A stretch of DNA of 64,000 nt, taken from positions 89,466,001-89,530,000 of the forward strand of contig NC_090332.1 of the NCBI RefSeq assembly GCF_035084215.1, written 5' to 3'. This DNA is from Heptranchias perlo (lineage: Eukaryota). The notes under the pieces were generated by a model. The model worked only from the letters and a program-made list of their open reading frames with translations, did not search any database and had not been told where the DNA came from. How positions within the stretch are numbered: the first letter of the stretch is position 1; every line of letters begins with the position of its first letter. Below are positions 62,371-64,000 of this stretch, piece by piece. Both the position numbers and the translations under genes were made by a program.

Positions 62371-62838
62371 AAAAGAAAGACTTGCATTTATATAGTGCCT
62401 TTCACGAACTCAGGACATCCCGAAGAGCTTTACAATCAATGAAGTACTTCTTTTTTGAAGTGTAGTCACTGTTGTAATGTAGGAAACGCGGGAGCCAATT
62501 TGCGGACAGCAAGCTCCCACAAACATCAATGCGATAATGACCTGATAATCTGTTTTTTTTAGTGAGGTTGGTTGAGGGATAAATATTGGCCAGGACACCA
62601 GGGATAACTCCCCTGCTCTTCTTCGAAATAGTGCCACCGAATCTTTTATGCCCACCCAAGAGGGCAGACGACGCCTCGGTTTAACGTCTCATCCGGAAGA
62701 CGGCACCTCTGACAGTGCAGCACTCCCTCAGTACTGCAGTGGGAGTGTCAGCCTGGATTTTGTGCTCAAGTCTCTGGAGCGGGCCTTGAACCCACAACCT
62801 TCTGACTCAGAAGGGGGAGTGCTACTGAGTCAAGGCTG
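62371..62838 (-). mobile_element. Full-length SacSINE1-like SINE
   Basis: Reverse-complement match to 18553-19038. Confidence 0.88.
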
Positions 62839-62974
62839 ATGGAGAGATACAGATAGAGTATCCCCGAGAGATGGTATTACTGGTGTCAGAGATTCCTGAC
62901 GGGAGAGCCCAGCTGCAGCGTCCCTTGAGGTGGGGAAAGCCTCAAAAATAGTTTCAAAAATTCTAAGAACTCAT

Positions 62975-63402
62975 GTTACAGGGACAGGTTGGGTCGACTA
63001 GGCTTGTATTCCCCTGAATAAAGAAGATTAAGGGGTGATCTAATTGAGGTGCTTAAGATGATTGAAGGAGTTGATAGCGTAGGTAGAGAGAAATGATTTC
63101 CTCTGGTGGGGAGTCCAGGACAAACCTTAACATTAGAGCTCGGCCATTCAGGGGTGATGTCAGGAAGCATTTTTTTGCACAAAGGGTCAGGGAAATCTGG
63201 AACTCTCTCCCCCAAAAAGCTGTTGAGGCTGGGGGTCAATTGAAAATTTCAAGACTGAGATTGATAGATTTTTGTTGGGTGAGGGTATTAAGGGTTACGG
63301 AACCAAGCCGGGTAGATGGAGTTAAGATACAGATCAGCCATGATCTAACTGAATGGCGGAGCAGGCTTGAGGGGCTGAATGGCCTCCTCCTGTTTCTGTG
63401 TT
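62975..63402 (+). mobile_element. CR1 LINE 3' fragment
   Basis: RGDLIEVLKM...FFAQRVREIWNSLPQKAVEA. Confidence 0.9.
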
Positions 63403-63742
63403 GATCACCGGCAACAAAAAAAAATGATCCTAATTTGACAGATTCAGCACCGAAAGGCTGCAACTAGCATCATAGACTGTAGCAGGTGGTGTAGAGAGGG
63501 TGGGGTGGGTCCTCAGTCCTCAGATACGTTACCTGGATAGCACAGGGTAGGGGCTGGCAGTCAGCACCACTGTCATTTTTCCTGATTTACCATAGATTTT
63601 GACAAACATTTACTAAAAGCAATTTTCCTACCCAGCTGTTGATAGTTAATAGTCCTTACAGCTCCGACTAAAGTGTTATGGTATTTATCAACAGCTATTT
63701 TAAATTTACAGAACCTTTGTGCCTAATTTGATTATTTTCATG

Positions 63743-63939
63743 ATGTGGAGATGCCGGTGATGGACTGGGGTGGACAAATGTAAGGAATCTTACAACACCA
63801 GGTTATAGTCCAACAGTTTTATTTGAAAATCACAAGCTTTCGGAGGCTTTCTCCTTCGTCAGGTGACGAAGGAGAAAGCCTCCAAAAGCTTGTGATTTTC
63901 AAATAAAACTGTTGGACTATAACCTGGTGTTGTAAGATT
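63743..63939. mobile_element. Penelope-like foldback element with a 15-bp TSD
   Basis: 76-bp arms at 63786-63861 and 63864-63939 with one mismatch. TTGATTATTTTCATG at 63728-63742 and 63938-63952. Confidence 0.88.
63831..63865 (-). ncRNA. Minimal hammerhead ribozyme motif (second family)
   Basis: CAC-CUGACGA-aGGAG aaagc CUCC-GAAA-GC-UU-GUG. Stems I and II pair perfectly. Confidence 0.8.
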
Positions 63940-63962
63940 GATTATTTTCATGGCATGGCATT

Positions 63963-64000
63963 ACATAAGAAATTGGAGCAGGAGTAGGCCAATCGGCCCC
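63963..64000 (-). mobile_element. CR1 3' end cut by the window edge
   Basis: ACATAAGAAATTGGAGCAGGAGTAGGCCAATCGGCCCC. Confidence 0.75.

Noticed and set aside
63864-63893. Plus-strand hammerhead in the foldback element
   Set aside because: The core reads GUGACGA and AAAA, so two essential positions are lost.

Overview
A repeat-rich eukaryotic window. The CR1, L2, SacSINE1-like, Penelope and Harbinger repeats point to a cartilaginous fish (shark); this is an inference from recognised repeat sequences, not a database hit. No intact host ORF can be named. A few phase-compatible minus-strand exon candidates (about 29.0, 16.5, 10.9, 5.4 and 4.7 kb) suggest the intronic 3' part of an unidentified gene. 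Mobile DNA includes one near full-length decayed PIF/Harbinger transposon (11.4-15.0 kb, DDE transposase and convergent Myb/SANT ORF), several Myb-only and MITE-type Harbinger derivatives, about 18 truncated CR1 pieces, L2 pieces, five Deu-type SINEs, one Tx1/L1 3' end with a TSD and two solo-LTR-like copies. The most interesting signals: (1) Penelope-type elements carrying four minimal hammerhead ribozyme cores with palindromic stem III, two of the elements in inverted or foldback form; (2) near-perfect long inverted repeats (100 bp at 100%, 198 bp at 99%) in otherwise decayed DNA; (3) G-rich tandem arrays, including a 7-kb array of 39-40-mers, that repeatedly sit inside Harbinger-type MITEs. 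Coordinates and identities were counted by eye, and repeat boundaries are approximate.
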